Shown: positions 38,084 through 48,293 of the stretch, in pieces
Position numbering within the stretch: the first letter of the stretch is position 1
Layout of the letters: every line of letters begins with the position of its first letter
DNA from: Patescibacteria group bacterium
GTDB lineage: Bacteria > Patescibacteriota > Microgenomatia > UBA8517
Length of the DNA: 64,000 nucleotides
Reading direction: 5' to 3'
Assembly: GCA_035291665.1 (NCBI GenBank)
Contig: DATDRP010000001.1
Coordinates: 66,569 to 130,568 of the forward strand
Position numbers and translations under genes: made by a program
The notes under the pieces: generated by a model
What the model saw: the letters and a program-made list of their open reading frames with translations, nothing else
Told to the model about the DNA's origin: nothing
Databases searched by the model: none

Positions 38084-38638
38084 ATGGCAAGAAGTCTTAA
38101 TAAAGCAACATTAATCGGAAATATGACACGCGATCCGGAGCTACGCTATACTCCAAGCGGGGCGGCAGTTTGTTCTTTCGGACTTGCAACAAACCGTTCT
38201 TGGAATACTGAAACCGGAGAGAAAAAAGAGGAAACCGAATTCCACAGAATTGTTGCCTGGAATAAATTAGCAGAACTTTGTGCACAGCTTCTGACGAAAG
38301 GACGAAAAGTTTATGTTGAAGGTCGGCTTCAAACGAGAAAATGGACAGGAAATGATAATCTTGAGCGGACCACCACTGAAATTGTCATATCCGACATGAT
38401 AATTCTTGATTCAAGAGGAGTTCCTGCGCCAAGTGCCGGAGAAGAAGGCAGCGGCAGCATCAATCTTCCGGATGACTTTCCGGCGGAGATTCCCACAAGC
38501 AATGTCTCAGGCACAAGCTCTGATGACTCAAAATCCGATGACAAAAAGTCTGTAAAATCCAAAAATCTTGATAAAAAATCCGATTCCGGTAAGAAAGAAG
38601 AATCGGAGGACGTAGCGGATGATGACATACCCTTCTAA
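38084..38638 (+). CDS. ssb: Single-stranded DNA-binding protein
   Basis: LIGNMTRDPELRYT, VYVEGRLQTR, C-terminal DDIPF. Confidence 0.97.
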   Translation: MARSLNKATLIGNMTRDPELRYTPSGAAVCSFGLATNRSWNTETGEKKEETEFHRIVAWNKLAELCAQLLTKGRKVYVEGRLQTRKWTGNDNLERTTTEIVISDMIILDSRGVPAPSAGEEGSGSINLPDDFPAEIPTSNVSGTSSDDSKSDDKKSVKSKNLDKKSDSGKKEESEDVADDDIPF

Positions 38639-38652
38639 TTAATTGAACTACT

Positions 38653-38898
38653 ATGGCAAAAAAGAAAATGATGAGAAAACCCACACCCAGAATTGTTAAT
38701 TTACCATGCGTTTTTTGCAAGGAAGAAGTGGAACCGAATTATAAAGAATTTAATATTTTGAAAAAATTTCTTTCAGACCGCTCAAAAATTATTCCATCGC
38801 TTTATACCGGAACCTGCATGAAGCATCAAAGGCTTTTAAGCACCTCGATAAAACGAGCCAGATCCCTTGGACTTCTTCCTTATGTACCCGAAGCTTAA
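38653..38898 (+). CDS. rpsR: 30S ribosomal protein S18
   Basis: CVFC, KII, TGTC, KHQR, IKRAR, LLPY. Confidence 0.95.
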   Translation: MAKKKMMRKPTPRIVNLPCVFCKEEVEPNYKEFNILKKFLSDRSKIIPSLYTGTCMKHQRLLSTSIKRARSLGLLPYVPEA

Positions 38899-39009
38899 GG
38901 ATTTTGGGGGTGTCTAAAAAATTCCATTGAATGCTACAATGTACTACGTTGCGGGTAATCCGCGATTTATTTTTTAAGATATAATTCACTTTTGTTCTAT
39001 TTGTGAAAT

Positions 39010-40326
39010 ATGAAAGAACACGGTGGTTCGGTGCAAAATAAATTTATTATGTCGGACAAAATCCTAACAGAAACCCCGGTTAAATCTAAATTCTCTTTTA
39101 AAGAGCTTCGTAAAACTTTATTAGGAGTTTTCTTACTCTCAGCTGCTTTCGGACTAGGATATTTTTTTGGTCTAAAGGAACTCAACATCCGGATTAATGG
39201 TTATCCGGAAGTTACGATAAACCGGGAAATTCCTTCAGGTAAGGAGAAGTTGGATTTTTCCCAGTTTTGGGTAGTTTGGGACAGGCTTAACGATTATTAT
39301 TACGATAAAGATAAGCTGGTACCGGCAAAAATGATTTATGGAGCTGTACAAGGGATGGTTTCTTCGTTGGGTGATCCATATACGGTATTTCTGCCTCCGC
39401 AACAAAACAGAATTATTAAAGAGGACCTGAAAGGCAGTTTTGACGGTGTCGGGATTCAAATTGGCTTTCGCGAAGGGTCTCTGGCTGTGATTGCTCCGCT
39501 TCCGAAATCACCGGCAGATGTCGCAGGGCTTCAGGCAGGGGATTATATTGTCGGTATAAAAGATGAAGCGAAGGGAATTAATATTGAAAACACTCAGGGG
39601 ATGAATTTGCAGGAAGCCGTTAATATTATTCGGGGAGAAAAAGGAACATTTGTAACTCTTACAATCTTCAGGGATGGTGAAGAAGCTACACGCGAATATA
39701 AAATTGCCAGGGATACGCTCGATGTTCCAAGTGTTGAGGTTACGTATCATGGTGAGAAAAAGAATATTGCAGTATTGCATGTCATAAAATTTAGTGCGGA
39801 AACTAAAGCTGAATGGAACGAAGCAGTTTTGGAAATACTGGCAAAACCGGGTGTAGATAGACTTGTTTTGGATCTTCGAAATAATCCTGGCGGTTATTTA
39901 CAGGGTGCAGTTGATTTATCGTCGGACTTCCTGGAAAGCGGAACATTGGTTGTCTCCCAGGTGATTGGCGGCAAAACAACAGAGGAGTATAAAACAGAAG
40001 GCTTACCAAGGTTAAAAAATTGGAAAGCAGTAATATTGGTAAATAAAGGTTCTGCTTCTGCTTCAGAAATACTTGCTGGAGCTTTGAGAGATCAAAAGAA
40101 GATTTATATCATAGGAGATATAACCTTTGGGAAAGGTACAATTCAGGAGCCCCAGGAGTTTGATGACGGGTCATCTTTGCATGTGACTATTGCCAAATGG
40201 CTGACACCGAGCGGGTTCTGGGTAAACGAAAAAGGCTTAACTCCTGATCAGGAAATAAAAAACAATCCTGACACTGAGGCAGATGAGCAGCTTGATGAGG
40301 CTGTTAAGTATATAGAAAAGCTTTAA
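39010..40326 (+). CDS. S41 family C-terminal processing peptidase
   Basis: DPYT, PDZ, LDLRNNPGG, SASASEI, TFGKG. Confidence 0.93.
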   Translation: MKEHGGSVQNKFIMSDKILTETPVKSKFSFKELRKTLLGVFLLSAAFGLGYFFGLKELNIRINGYPEVTINREIPSGKEKLDFSQFWVVWDRLNDYYYDKDKLVPAKMIYGAVQGMVSSLGDPYTVFLPPQQNRIIKEDLKGSFDGVGIQIGFREGSLAVIAPLPKSPADVAGLQAGDYIVGIKDEAKGINIENTQGMNLQEAVNIIRGEKGTFVTLTIFRDGEEATREYKIARDTLDVPSVEVTYHGEKKNIAVLHVIKFSAETKAEWNEAVLEILAKPGVDRLVLDLRNNPGGYLQGAVDLSSDFLESGTLVVSQVIGGKTTEEYKTEGLPRLKNWKAVILVNKGSASASEILAGALRDQKKIYIIGDITFGKGTIQEPQEFDDGSSLHVTIAKWLTPSGFWVNEKGLTPDQEIKNNPDTEADEQLDEAVKYIEKL

Positions 40327-40383
40327 GCTTTTTTTAAGATTCCTGAGTTAGAAATAATAACATTCGATTTAAAACACTGAAGT

Positions 40384-41541
40384 ATGAATAAGCCCTTACG
40401 AAATTTAGTTTTTACACTATTAATTTTATTTATAATCGGTTCATCGGCTGTCGGAGGGGCGGTTGCCGACAGGCTGTTTGGGATAAAACCGATTGATTTT
40501 ATAACGTCCCGCATAAATAGCTCTTCCAAGCCGGGAGTTTCCTCAATTGATAAAAAGATAGTGAATGAAGAATCAATTGTTATTGATGTTGCTGAACGTG
40601 TTTCTCCATCGGTTGTAACCGTCTCGATTGAAACACCTAGAAGAAGGGTCTTGGATTTTTCTCCTTTCGGGGGTTTTCAACAAAGATATGAAGGCGGAGA
40701 TGCCCAAGATATAGGTACCGGATTTATTGTAAGCTCGGACGGATTGATAGTTACAAATAAACATGTAGTTTCACTTGACGGAACGTATAAGGTAATCACG
40801 AAAGACGAAAAAGAATATGAAGTCAAAACAATCAGCCGGGATCCTGCAAATGATATTGCCGTAATCAAAATTGATGCAACCGGTTTAAAACCGGTAGATT
40901 TGGGGGATTCATCAAACCTTAAAGTCGGTCAGTTCGTGGTTGCAATCGGAACTGCATTGGGAGAATTCAGGCATACCGTAACAACGGGTGTGATATCAGG
41001 ACTCGGACGGGGGATAACTGCCGGTGATTCATTCGAAGGCTACGTTGAGCGTCTTGATGATGTTATTCAGACTGATGCTGCCATTAACCCCGGAAATTCA
41101 GGTGGCCCGCTTCTTGACTCGAACGGTCTTGTCATCGGTATAAACGTTGCAGTTGCCCAAAGCGCTCAAAATATCGGTTTTGCGATTCCTGTAAACGTTG
41201 TAAAGTCTGCGCTTGACCAATTCAATCAAAACGGTAAGTTTGCATCCCGCGCATATTTGGGAGTTGAGTATCAGATGATATCAAAGCAGTCTGCACTTCT
41301 TAATGATGTTCCCCAGGGAGCATATGTTGTCAATGTTGTTTCTGGGTCTTCTGCTGAAAACGCGGGTATCAAGAAAGATGATATTATTGTTTCGATTAAC
41401 GGTGAAAAAGTGGCTGATTTTGAAAACGGATTATCCGATGTTATTAAAGATAAAAAAGTAGGTGATAAAGTTGAAATTGAATTATACCGAGACGGACAGA
41501 CTGTCAAGGTAAATGCCACCCTTAGCGAAACATCCGAATAG
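40384..41541 (+). CDS. HtrA/DegP-like serine protease with one PDZ domain
   Basis: GTGFIV, TNKHVV, DIAVIK, TDAAINPGNSGGP. Confidence 0.94.
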   Translation: MNKPLRNLVFTLLILFIIGSSAVGGAVADRLFGIKPIDFITSRINSSSKPGVSSIDKKIVNEESIVIDVAERVSPSVVTVSIETPRRRVLDFSPFGGFQQRYEGGDAQDIGTGFIVSSDGLIVTNKHVVSLDGTYKVITKDEKEYEVKTISRDPANDIAVIKIDATGLKPVDLGDSSNLKVGQFVVAIGTALGEFRHTVTTGVISGLGRGITAGDSFEGYVERLDDVIQTDAAINPGNSGGPLLDSNGLVIGINVAVAQSAQNIGFAIPVNVVKSALDQFNQNGKFASRAYLGVEYQMISKQSALLNDVPQGAYVVNVVSGSSAENAGIKKDDIIVSINGEKVADFENGLSDVIKDKKVGDKVEIELYRDGQTVKVNATLSETSE

Positions 41542-41618
41542 CCTCACTTTTTGCATATATTCCCCAGATAGTTGACTCAAATGGTATCAAAGTGGTATAT
41601 ATTGCTTTACAAATAGTT

Positions 41619-42059
41619 ATGCCGTCTTCCGAAGTTCTTACAAAATACTTGGCCAGTAAAAGACCCTCAGCTGAAGATTATTACGTTAAATTGGATCAAT
41701 ACCACGTTTTCCCTGATAAAAAAATTATAGATTTGAAAAGGGAAGAAGGCTTCAGGGATTTTATTCGCAAACAAAATGTCACATTTAAGCAGCGGGCTGG
41801 TATCAGTATGATCTTGGGCAGTGTTGAACGTGTTCATCTTCGTGATCCGGGAGGGGGGGTTCTTGAAACTTACGAGCTTACAGTTGGAGACATTCGGGAA
41901 TTAAGCGACCAGGATTTACGAAAATTGACCGGAGACAGGGGAGTAAAAGTACTGCGAAAATTATTCGGTGGAGGGAACGATGCAGAAGAAAAACCAAGTG
42001 TACCACCTTTTTTACAGGGGAGGGTGTCAAGTAAAAAACAGGCTTTATTGAAGGACTGA
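41619..42059 (+). CDS. Hypothetical protein
   Basis: Orphan ORF; C-terminal [10 protein letters not shown]...GDRGVKVL weakly resembles an HhH/alpha-CTD-like fold. Confidence 0.5.
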   Translation: MPSSEVLTKYLASKRPSAEDYYVKLDQYHVFPDKKIIDLKREEGFRDFIRKQNVTFKQRAGISMILGSVERVHLRDPGGGVLETYELTVGDIRELSDQDLRKLTGDRGVKVLRKLFGGGNDAEEKPSVPPFLQGRVSSKKQALLKD

Positions 42060-42764
42060 GGTAGCTTGAAGTATTTTATCCAAGTCTCCATCTAATATCA
42101 TTTCAAGATTATGCCAGCTTTTTTTGATTCTATGGTCTGTTATCCGACCTTGCGGGAAGTTGTAAGTTCTGATTTTTTCTGCTCTGAAACCCCTTCCGAT
42201 GGCTGACCGATATCCGGCAACGGTCCGTTCTTTTTCCAACTCCGCCTTTTCCCAGAGCCTGGACCGCAAAAGTGACATTGCGATCTCTCGATTCTGCTCC
42301 TGAAAACGCTCTTCAGACGCCGTGACGACGATTCCAGAGGGCTTATGGGTAAGACGAACTGCAGTAGATACTTTGTTGACATTTTGACCTCCATGACCGC
42401 CTGATCGGTAAAATTGGATTTCAAGATCCTGTGGATTAATATGAATATCTGTTTCTTTTATTTCCGGTAAGACAGCAACGGTTGCGGTTGAAGTATGAAT
42501 CCGTCCTCTTTTTTCCGTGGATGGAACACGCTGAACGCGATGGACACCTGATTCATTTTTTAGTAAGTCAAAAACATGAGGTGCAGAAATTGCGACCGAT
42601 AGATCTCCAATAGGAGTAATTTTCCAGCCTTTTTTAACGGAATAACGCATATACATCCTTAAAAGATCAGATCCCCAATTTTTTGCTTCATCTCCGCCTG
42701 TTGCACCCCTGATTTCGATGTATGCTTTTTGTTTGGGATCCTGATAATTTTGCCAATCGTTCAT
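42045..42764 (-). CDS. prfA: Peptide chain release factor 1 (N-terminally short)
   Basis: [19 protein letters not shown] (PxT), [11 protein letters not shown]; downstream of rpmE. Confidence 0.9.
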   Translation of the reverse strand: MNDWQNYQDPKQKAYIEIRGATGGDEAKNWGSDLLRMYMRYSVKKGWKITPIGDLSVAISAPHVFDLLKNESGVHRVQRVPSTEKRGRIHTSTATVAVLPEIKETDIHINPQDLEIQFYRSGGHGGQNVNKVSTAVRLTHKPSGIVVTASEERFQEQNREIAMSLLRSRLWEKAELEKERTVAGYRSAIGRGFRAEKIRTYNFPQGRITDHRIKKSWHNLEMILDGDLDKILQATSVLQ

Positions 42765-42804
42765 AATTTAGTAAAAAGCGAATAGAGAAAAGAGAATAGA
42801 GTAG

Positions 42805-43140
42805 CTAGTTTTTGTTTTTCTTGCTCTTTTTTGTTAATTTCCGGAGATCCTCCAATGTTTCAGGCCGATCAAGTTCTTTTTGAATCTTTCGTTCTTTTTT
42901 TAGCTTTCTTTTTTCAGATTTGGAAACGACTTTTGTTTGAGCTTTTTTTGTTTTAGCCATAAATGCATCAACCCGTCCAGCCGTGTCAACATATTTCATC
43001 TGGCCGGTATAAAATGGGTGGCAATTATAGCAAACCTCAACTTGGATTTGAGGAACGGTTGCACCGATTACAAAACTGTTGCCGCAGGCACAGGTAACTT
43101 TGCATTCTTCGTACCATTTGGGATGAATTGCTGTTTTCAT
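42805..43140 (-). CDS. rpmE: 50S ribosomal protein L31 with basic C-terminal extension
   Basis: MKTAIHP, CACG, CYNCHPFYTG, DTAGRVD. Confidence 0.95.
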   Translation of the reverse strand: MKTAIHPKWYEECKVTCACGNSFVIGATVPQIQVEVCYNCHPFYTGQMKYVDTAGRVDAFMAKTKKAQTKVVSKSEKRKLKKERKIQKELDRPETLEDLRKLTKKSKKNKN

Positions 43141-43248
43141 AATCAAGTTTAATGTGACAAGTGACAGGTTATTCAGTCACGGGTGAATTATACCAAAAGT
43201 GAAGAAGAACTTAAAGAAGTATTTGCAGGTATATGATAATAAAGTTTT

Positions 43249-43749
43249 TTAATCCCGGAGGAAGCTAAACCACGGTGGCTTCTTGGGTTTGTTGGATTTT
43301 TCTTTATTTGCTGCAATTTTGGCTTTTTGTTGCCGATCTCTCAAAGCTAGATCTGTTATTTCATTGTGAATATCGAGTACTCTTTTAACCTCCTCACGTT
43401 TTACATCCTCGTAATATCCCTTATCGTTCATAGCTAAGGCAATTTGGTCCACAATTCTGTTTATAAGTTGATTGTTTTCTCCGGGTATTTTTACCGTTAC
43501 CAAATTTTCGTCTAAGTGAACATTAAAACCTTTATCTCTTAAAGTAGTTTTTCTTAAAACATCGTGAGCAATTGATAATAAATCATTGGCTTCGTTACTT
43601 GGTGTAGTTGTTGTTAAACGCTGTTCAGTACTTCCGCTAATGGTGTTTGAACCTGAAGCAACAGCACTTTTATTAATTTTATACGCACGTGCATTGACGG
43701 GAAGTCTTGGTTCTGGAGGATTTAGAATTGGATCGAATTCGTGCTTCAT
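43249..43749 (-). CDS. Hypothetical protein (paralog of 43766-44188)
   Basis: Shares N-terminal DPILNxPEPxLPVNxRAYK. Confidence 0.65.
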   Translation of the reverse strand: MKHEFDPILNPPEPRLPVNARAYKINKSAVASGSNTISGSTEQRLTTTTPSNEANDLLSIAHDVLRKTTLRDKGFNVHLDENLVTVKIPGENNQLINRIVDQIALAMNDKGYYEDVKREEVKRVLDIHNEITDLALRDRQQKAKIAANKEKSNKPKKPPWFSFLRD

Positions 43750-43765
43750 ATTAAATAACTTCTGC

Positions 43766-44188
43766 TTATTTTAATGCAAATTTAACAAACTCCAACTGCT
43801 CCGGCTTGAGTTCGGTGAAAGAATCTTTAGAATTGGTATCGTCATGACTATATCCCATTTCCTTCAAAATACCGGCAATAAATTTGGATCTTTTAACATT
43901 CGCATGGATAACAATTCCTTCTCCGTAATATTCTTCTAATTTTACCGGTTTTTCTAAGGATTGATTTACAATGTTCTCTGCTAATCTTGCAGCCACAATA
44001 ACATCCTCGGCTTCATTAGTGGTGGGTCTTTTGGGCGACTTATTCAGCCATCGACCCAATATTCCATCGGGTTTAAAGCAGTCCGGACTATCCTTTGTCA
44101 TCGAACCGGTGAATTTATACGCACGTACATTGACGGGAAGCACTGGTTCCGGAAGATTGAGTATTGGATCTTGTTCAAATCTTGGCAT
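43766..44188 (-). CDS. Hypothetical protein (paralog of 43249-43749)
   Basis: Shares N-terminal DPILNxPEPxLPVNxRAYK. Confidence 0.65.
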   Translation of the reverse strand: MPRFEQDPILNLPEPVLPVNVRAYKFTGSMTKDSPDCFKPDGILGRWLNKSPKRPTTNEAEDVIVAARLAENIVNQSLEKPVKLEEYYGEGIVIHANVKRSKFIAGILKEMGYSHDDTNSKDSFTELKPEQLEFVKFALK

Positions 44189-44232
44189 ACGAGTTGACCA
44201 AATAATAGCACCTCATAATATTTAGTCAATTG

Positions 44233-44532
44233 TTATATTCGGATAGGTCCGGGGATTTCTTCGATAGGTTTTGTTGCCGGAAATGAAATACAAGTAACGA
44301 TTACTCCTTTGTTACACCGGGGGCAAACGTTTGCCTTCCTCAACCCAAAATCGTTGTTTTCAACCATTGAAGTGACAATACAGGGTTGATTCTGATCCGG
44401 GCTGCCTGTTTTCCTTCCAAACTTATTGATGTAAAACATGAATCTCTTATCCCCAATAACAGGTCCGGTGATCCTGACGCTATCATTATTTGTTTCCTCG
44501 TCAGAACAGCTAAATAGATTCTTATTTTCCAT
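44233..44532 (-). CDS. Small Cys-rich hypothetical protein
   Basis: 99 aa, 5 Cys including CPRC; TTGACT and TATAAT boxes upstream on the minus strand. Confidence 0.5.
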   Translation of the reverse strand: MENKNLFSCSDEETNNDSVRITGPVIGDKRFMFYINKFGRKTGSPDQNQPCIVTSMVENNDFGLRKANVCPRCNKGVIVTCISFPATKPIEEIPGPIRI

Positions 44533-44603
44533 ATTTATTTGAAAACTAAAACTATAATGGGTGAATTATATATATTCAATGCGGTTGTAGTCAATTTTTT
44601 AAA

Positions 44604-45530
44604 TTACTGAATTATTTTCCGGGTTCTGGATTTTACCTCCGCAATGCCAACTCCAAGGATGACTACAGCTGTTCCGATGACGAATGGTACAGATAAACTT
44701 TCCCGAAGCCATAATAAGGCAAGAGGAGCAGAAAATAGGGGGGATAAGTAACCGAATAAAGTCGCTTCCGAAGCCTCGATATTTTTTTGACCTTCCTGAT
44801 ATAAATAATAGGCGAATGACCCTGAAATCACGGCGAGGTACCAAACACCAAGATGTGCTTTCAGTGGAGCAGTTGAAATCATCAAAAGGAGGTTTTTTAT
44901 ACCATCGCTCTGATATATTGCAAAAGGTAAAGTTGTGACAAAACCGATCAGAAACATATAAGTTGTCATCATCATATTGTCGATTTTATGTTTGAGTTCG
45001 GTTTTACTGATAATCACATAAAAAACCCATGCAACATTGGCCGTAAGTATAAGAAAATTTCCGTACATCGCGTCAGTAGCAAAGAGCCCGCCTTCCAGCA
45101 TGGGTTGGATAATTATCATCATCGTACCAAGGAATGCTATTACAACTCCTATTAATTCCCGCCGGGTTATTTTTTCTCTGAGGAGTATCACACCCCCAAT
45201 AATTACCATTATCGGTGCCGTATTACCGATGACTGTTGCATCCAAGACGGTAGTTTTATCGAAACCCAAAAACAAAAGTCCCAAGTTGACGGAAGAGCCC
45301 AGGATCCCGGCGATTGTCAGAGCTGCAAATTCGCGTTTTGTTTTTGGAAGTTTAGGTTTTAGGGCAAGTGCAATTGGGAGCATCAGAAGTGCTGAAATAA
45401 AAAAACGGTAGGCCAAAAAAATCATTGGCGGAAAGTCGGGGAGGGTGTATTTTATGACAGGTCCGGCGACACCCCATATTGCAGCCACTATCAACAGGTA
45501 TATATACGACCTTTTACGTTTGGGATCCAT
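44604..45530 (-). CDS. DMT/EamA family transporter (two domains)
   Basis: IWG, YRF, ~10 TM, LLREKI and WLRESL repeats. Confidence 0.9.
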   Translation of the reverse strand: MDPKRKRSYIYLLIVAAIWGVAGPVIKYTLPDFPPMIFLAYRFFISALLMLPIALALKPKLPKTKREFAALTIAGILGSSVNLGLLFLGFDKTTVLDATVIGNTAPIMVIIGGVILLREKITRRELIGVVIAFLGTMMIIIQPMLEGGLFATDAMYGNFLILTANVAWVFYVIISKTELKHKIDNMMMTTYMFLIGFVTTLPFAIYQSDGIKNLLLMISTAPLKAHLGVWYLAVISGSFAYYLYQEGQKNIEASEATLFGYLSPLFSAPLALLWLRESLSVPFVIGTAVVILGVGIAEVKSRTRKIIQ

Positions 45531-45691
45531 ACCTATTCATCATATAAAAATATAATATGGAAAGGCAAGAAGAAATACAGATAAGAAATTAGGAACATAG
45601 GAATTAAGAGAAAAGGGAAAAGCGAAAAGAAATGGAAAATGAGTTGTGGGAAGTGAGAAGTGGGAGATGGGAAAGAAAAGATATAACACTT

Positions 45692-46960
45692 TTACTGGGC
45701 TTTAATCAATCCGGCGACTGAGTTGGTAAAAACTTTCTTTTGCGATTGGGTGGACATGTTTTTAAGCGTGACCGTATCAGACTTCAACTCTTCCGGTCCC
45801 AAGATTATTGCATATGGAATTTGTTTTTTATCTGCATATTTGAGTTGTTTATCCAGTTTTGCTTGCGGATCCGGGTAGAGTTCAGTGTTTAAGCCAGAGA
45901 GTCTAAGTCTAAGACTAAGTGTAAGGGAATCATTAAAAAGATCGGGGGAAAAAACAGTTACCAATACATCTGAATTGTTAGGTGAAATAACCGGGTATTT
46001 ATTTAAGAATTTGAGAACTTCTTCCATGACCATGTCTCCCATAGCAAAACCAACTCCCGGAATTTTTACTTTGGAACCAACATCAGAAGTCAGATTGTCA
46101 TACCTTCCGCCACCCCAAATAGCTCTGAAGCTGCCTCCAACTACCCATCCTTCAAATACCGTTCTTGTGTAATATTCCAACCCCCGGACAATCGAAGCAT
46201 CGTATTCGACAAATGGTGATAAACCCGCCTTATCCAGATACGAAAAAATACTTTGCAGCCAATCAGATTTTTGGTAACCGTTCTTATCGAGTAAAATTAC
46301 CAGAAGACTCTCGATTTGTTTGACTGCCAACCCAGCCTCTTTGAGCATTTCTTTGAAATCACCTTCTGATACTTTATCCTTTTTATCAATTATTCCTAAA
46401 AGTTCCTTGAATTTATCTTCAGGTATACCTAATTCAGATACCTGTTGAGCCAGAAACTTTCGGTCATTGATTTTAATTTTAACTTCATCCGGAGTTAATC
46501 CCAATTTTTGATAAAAAGATGCTGCAATAGCAATGATTTCGGCATCAGCCTCGGGACTATCCGGTCCCAAAATATCAATATCCCATTGAAAAAATTCCCT
46601 GCCCCTGCCTTTTTGCGGAGCCTCATATCGAAACCTTCTTCCGTATGTGAACCATTTGACAGGGAAATTCAAATTGTTTTCGTTTTGAGCAACAATCCTT
46701 GCCAGGCTGGGCGTCATTTCCGGTCGCAATGCAACGACATTTCCGGATTTGTCTTCAAAAGTGAAAGCCTGTTTTTTTACTAATTCTTCGCCTGATTTGG
46801 CAGCGTACAACTCCAGAGGTTCAATAGTCGGTCCTTCATACTCCTGAAAGCCAAACGACTCGGAAACCTTTTTCAGATTTTGGTAAAACCAGTTTTGAAA
46901 CGCCATATCGCCGGGTAAAAAGTCCCGAAAACCTTTTAATATTTGTATTTGCTTTTTCAT
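45692..46960 (-). CDS. hisS: Histidine--tRNA ligase
   Basis: KGFRDF, LRPEMT, FRYEAPQKGRGREFFQ, VRGLEYY, GGGRYD, GFAMG. Confidence 0.97.
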   Translation of the reverse strand: MKKQIQILKGFRDFLPGDMAFQNWFYQNLKKVSESFGFQEYEGPTIEPLELYAAKSGEELVKKQAFTFEDKSGNVVALRPEMTPSLARIVAQNENNLNFPVKWFTYGRRFRYEAPQKGRGREFFQWDIDILGPDSPEADAEIIAIAASFYQKLGLTPDEVKIKINDRKFLAQQVSELGIPEDKFKELLGIIDKKDKVSEGDFKEMLKEAGLAVKQIESLLVILLDKNGYQKSDWLQSIFSYLDKAGLSPFVEYDASIVRGLEYYTRTVFEGWVVGGSFRAIWGGGRYDNLTSDVGSKVKIPGVGFAMGDMVMEEVLKFLNKYPVISPNNSDVLVTVFSPDLFNDSLTLSLRLRLSGLNTELYPDPQAKLDKQLKYADKKQIPYAIILGPEELKSDTVTLKNMSTQSQKKVFTNSVAGLIKAQ

Positions 46961-46970
46961 AATAATTTGA

Positions 46971-47501
46971 CTAACTATAGCATTTATTAATTTTTTCTAA
47001 AAGCATTTTAATTGCACCATTGGAATTTTCTGCTTTTTCAATTTTTGTAAGCATCCTTTCGTCTAGATACTTTCCCGCTAATTTTTTTGCCCAACCCTCC
47101 ACAGAAGTCAGAGCTACGATGGGTTTTTGCTTTCTATATGCTATTGCCAACTCTTGTAACGTGCCCGAACCTCCTCCTATCGCAATAATTCCGTCAGATG
47201 ATGCGATTAACAGCGACTCACCACCCGTAGAATTCATATTGCTTACAATTTCCACATCCACATATTTATTAGCTGTACCCCGAGAGTCATTTTTTACAAT
47301 TCCAACCGTTAGGCCACCGTATTTTTTTGCACCCCTACAAGCGTATTCCATGACACCACCTTTTCCTCCACATATTAAGATTCCACCGTATTGTGCAACT
47401 AACTTTCCTATGTTTTCTGCAATTTTATTAGCTTTAGATAATCTTGAAGAACCCCTTGGATATTCTTCCACTCCTGCGGATCCTATTACTCCTATTTGCA
47501 T
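46971..47501 (-). CDS. LOG/SLOG family protein (TIGR00725-like)
   Basis: IGVIG, CGGKGGVME, GGLTVG, GGGSGTLQEL. Confidence 0.85.
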   Translation of the reverse strand: MQIGVIGSAGVEEYPRGSSRLSKANKIAENIGKLVAQYGGILICGGKGGVMEYACRGAKKYGGLTVGIVKNDSRGTANKYVDVEIVSNMNSTGGESLLIASSDGIIAIGGGSGTLQELAIAYRKQKPIVALTSVEGWAKKLAGKYLDERMLTKIEKAENSNGAIKMLLEKINKCYS

Positions 47502-48280
47502 ATTCTTACACCTCCTTTCAATAAGTCTATTAACTCATCTGGTTTGTCAGAGAATTTGTTTGCATATATATTTCTGATAACTTCCGACTTATCCGATGAA
47601 CCGGTTAGAGTCGATAGACTATTGATGGGGGGTTGTCCTGAACCACCTTTGTATCTTATGGCAGTAAAAATTTTATCAAAACGATTCAAATTATCTTGAT
47701 TTTTGTTTTTCCTATCATATAAAAACCATGAAGCGATTGATATCTTTAAATTATTGGGGTAATAGGAAGAAGTCCAACCAAATCGAATATCTGAATCGGG
47801 TTGAATGGTGATTTGTTTAGAATTGAAATAAAACTCTGACATTTCAGCAATCTTATTAACTGTACTGCCAGTGACTATTACATCGTCGACAATAAATTCA
47901 GATTTCGCCCCGTTATTTTTTAGAATATTTATCAGATTTTTTGGAAAATTTACATTCGGTATGGAATTGGGTCTATCTCGTTCAGTGTTAACAGAATAAC
48001 ATTTACTTACCGAATTCTTGAGTTGATTATATATGGGTAAACTACCAAAATTAGGGCATACAACGAGTGGATTTTCGACAAGTTTTACGCTGATTAAGTT
48101 TAAAAGTTTTTGATTTAACTCATTAAAATTGAAAAAAATCAAATTACGGTTGGAAAGTGATTCAATTTTTTCGAGAACATAAGTTGATATACCCAAATCA
48201 TCTATAATCAGATTTGTGTCATCTGGAACTGTCAAACACTCGTTTGAAATTATATTTTCATTTTTTTGTAATTTTTCCAT
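47492..48280 (-). CDS. Divergent phosphoribosyltransferase-like protein
   Basis: PRPP-binding loop IVDDVIVTGST. Confidence 0.55.
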   Translation of the reverse strand: MEKLQKNENIISNECLTVPDDTNLIIDDLGISTYVLEKIESLSNRNLIFFNFNELNQKLLNLISVKLVENPLVVCPNFGSLPIYNQLKNSVSKCYSVNTERDRPNSIPNVNFPKNLINILKNNGAKSEFIVDDVIVTGSTVNKIAEMSEFYFNSKQITIQPDSDIRFGWTSSYYPNNLKISIASWFLYDRKNKNQDNLNRFDKIFTAIRYKGGSGQPPINSLSTLTGSSDKSEVIRNIYANKFSDKPDELIDLLKGGVRICK

Positions 48281-48293
48281 ATTTTTACTCCAT

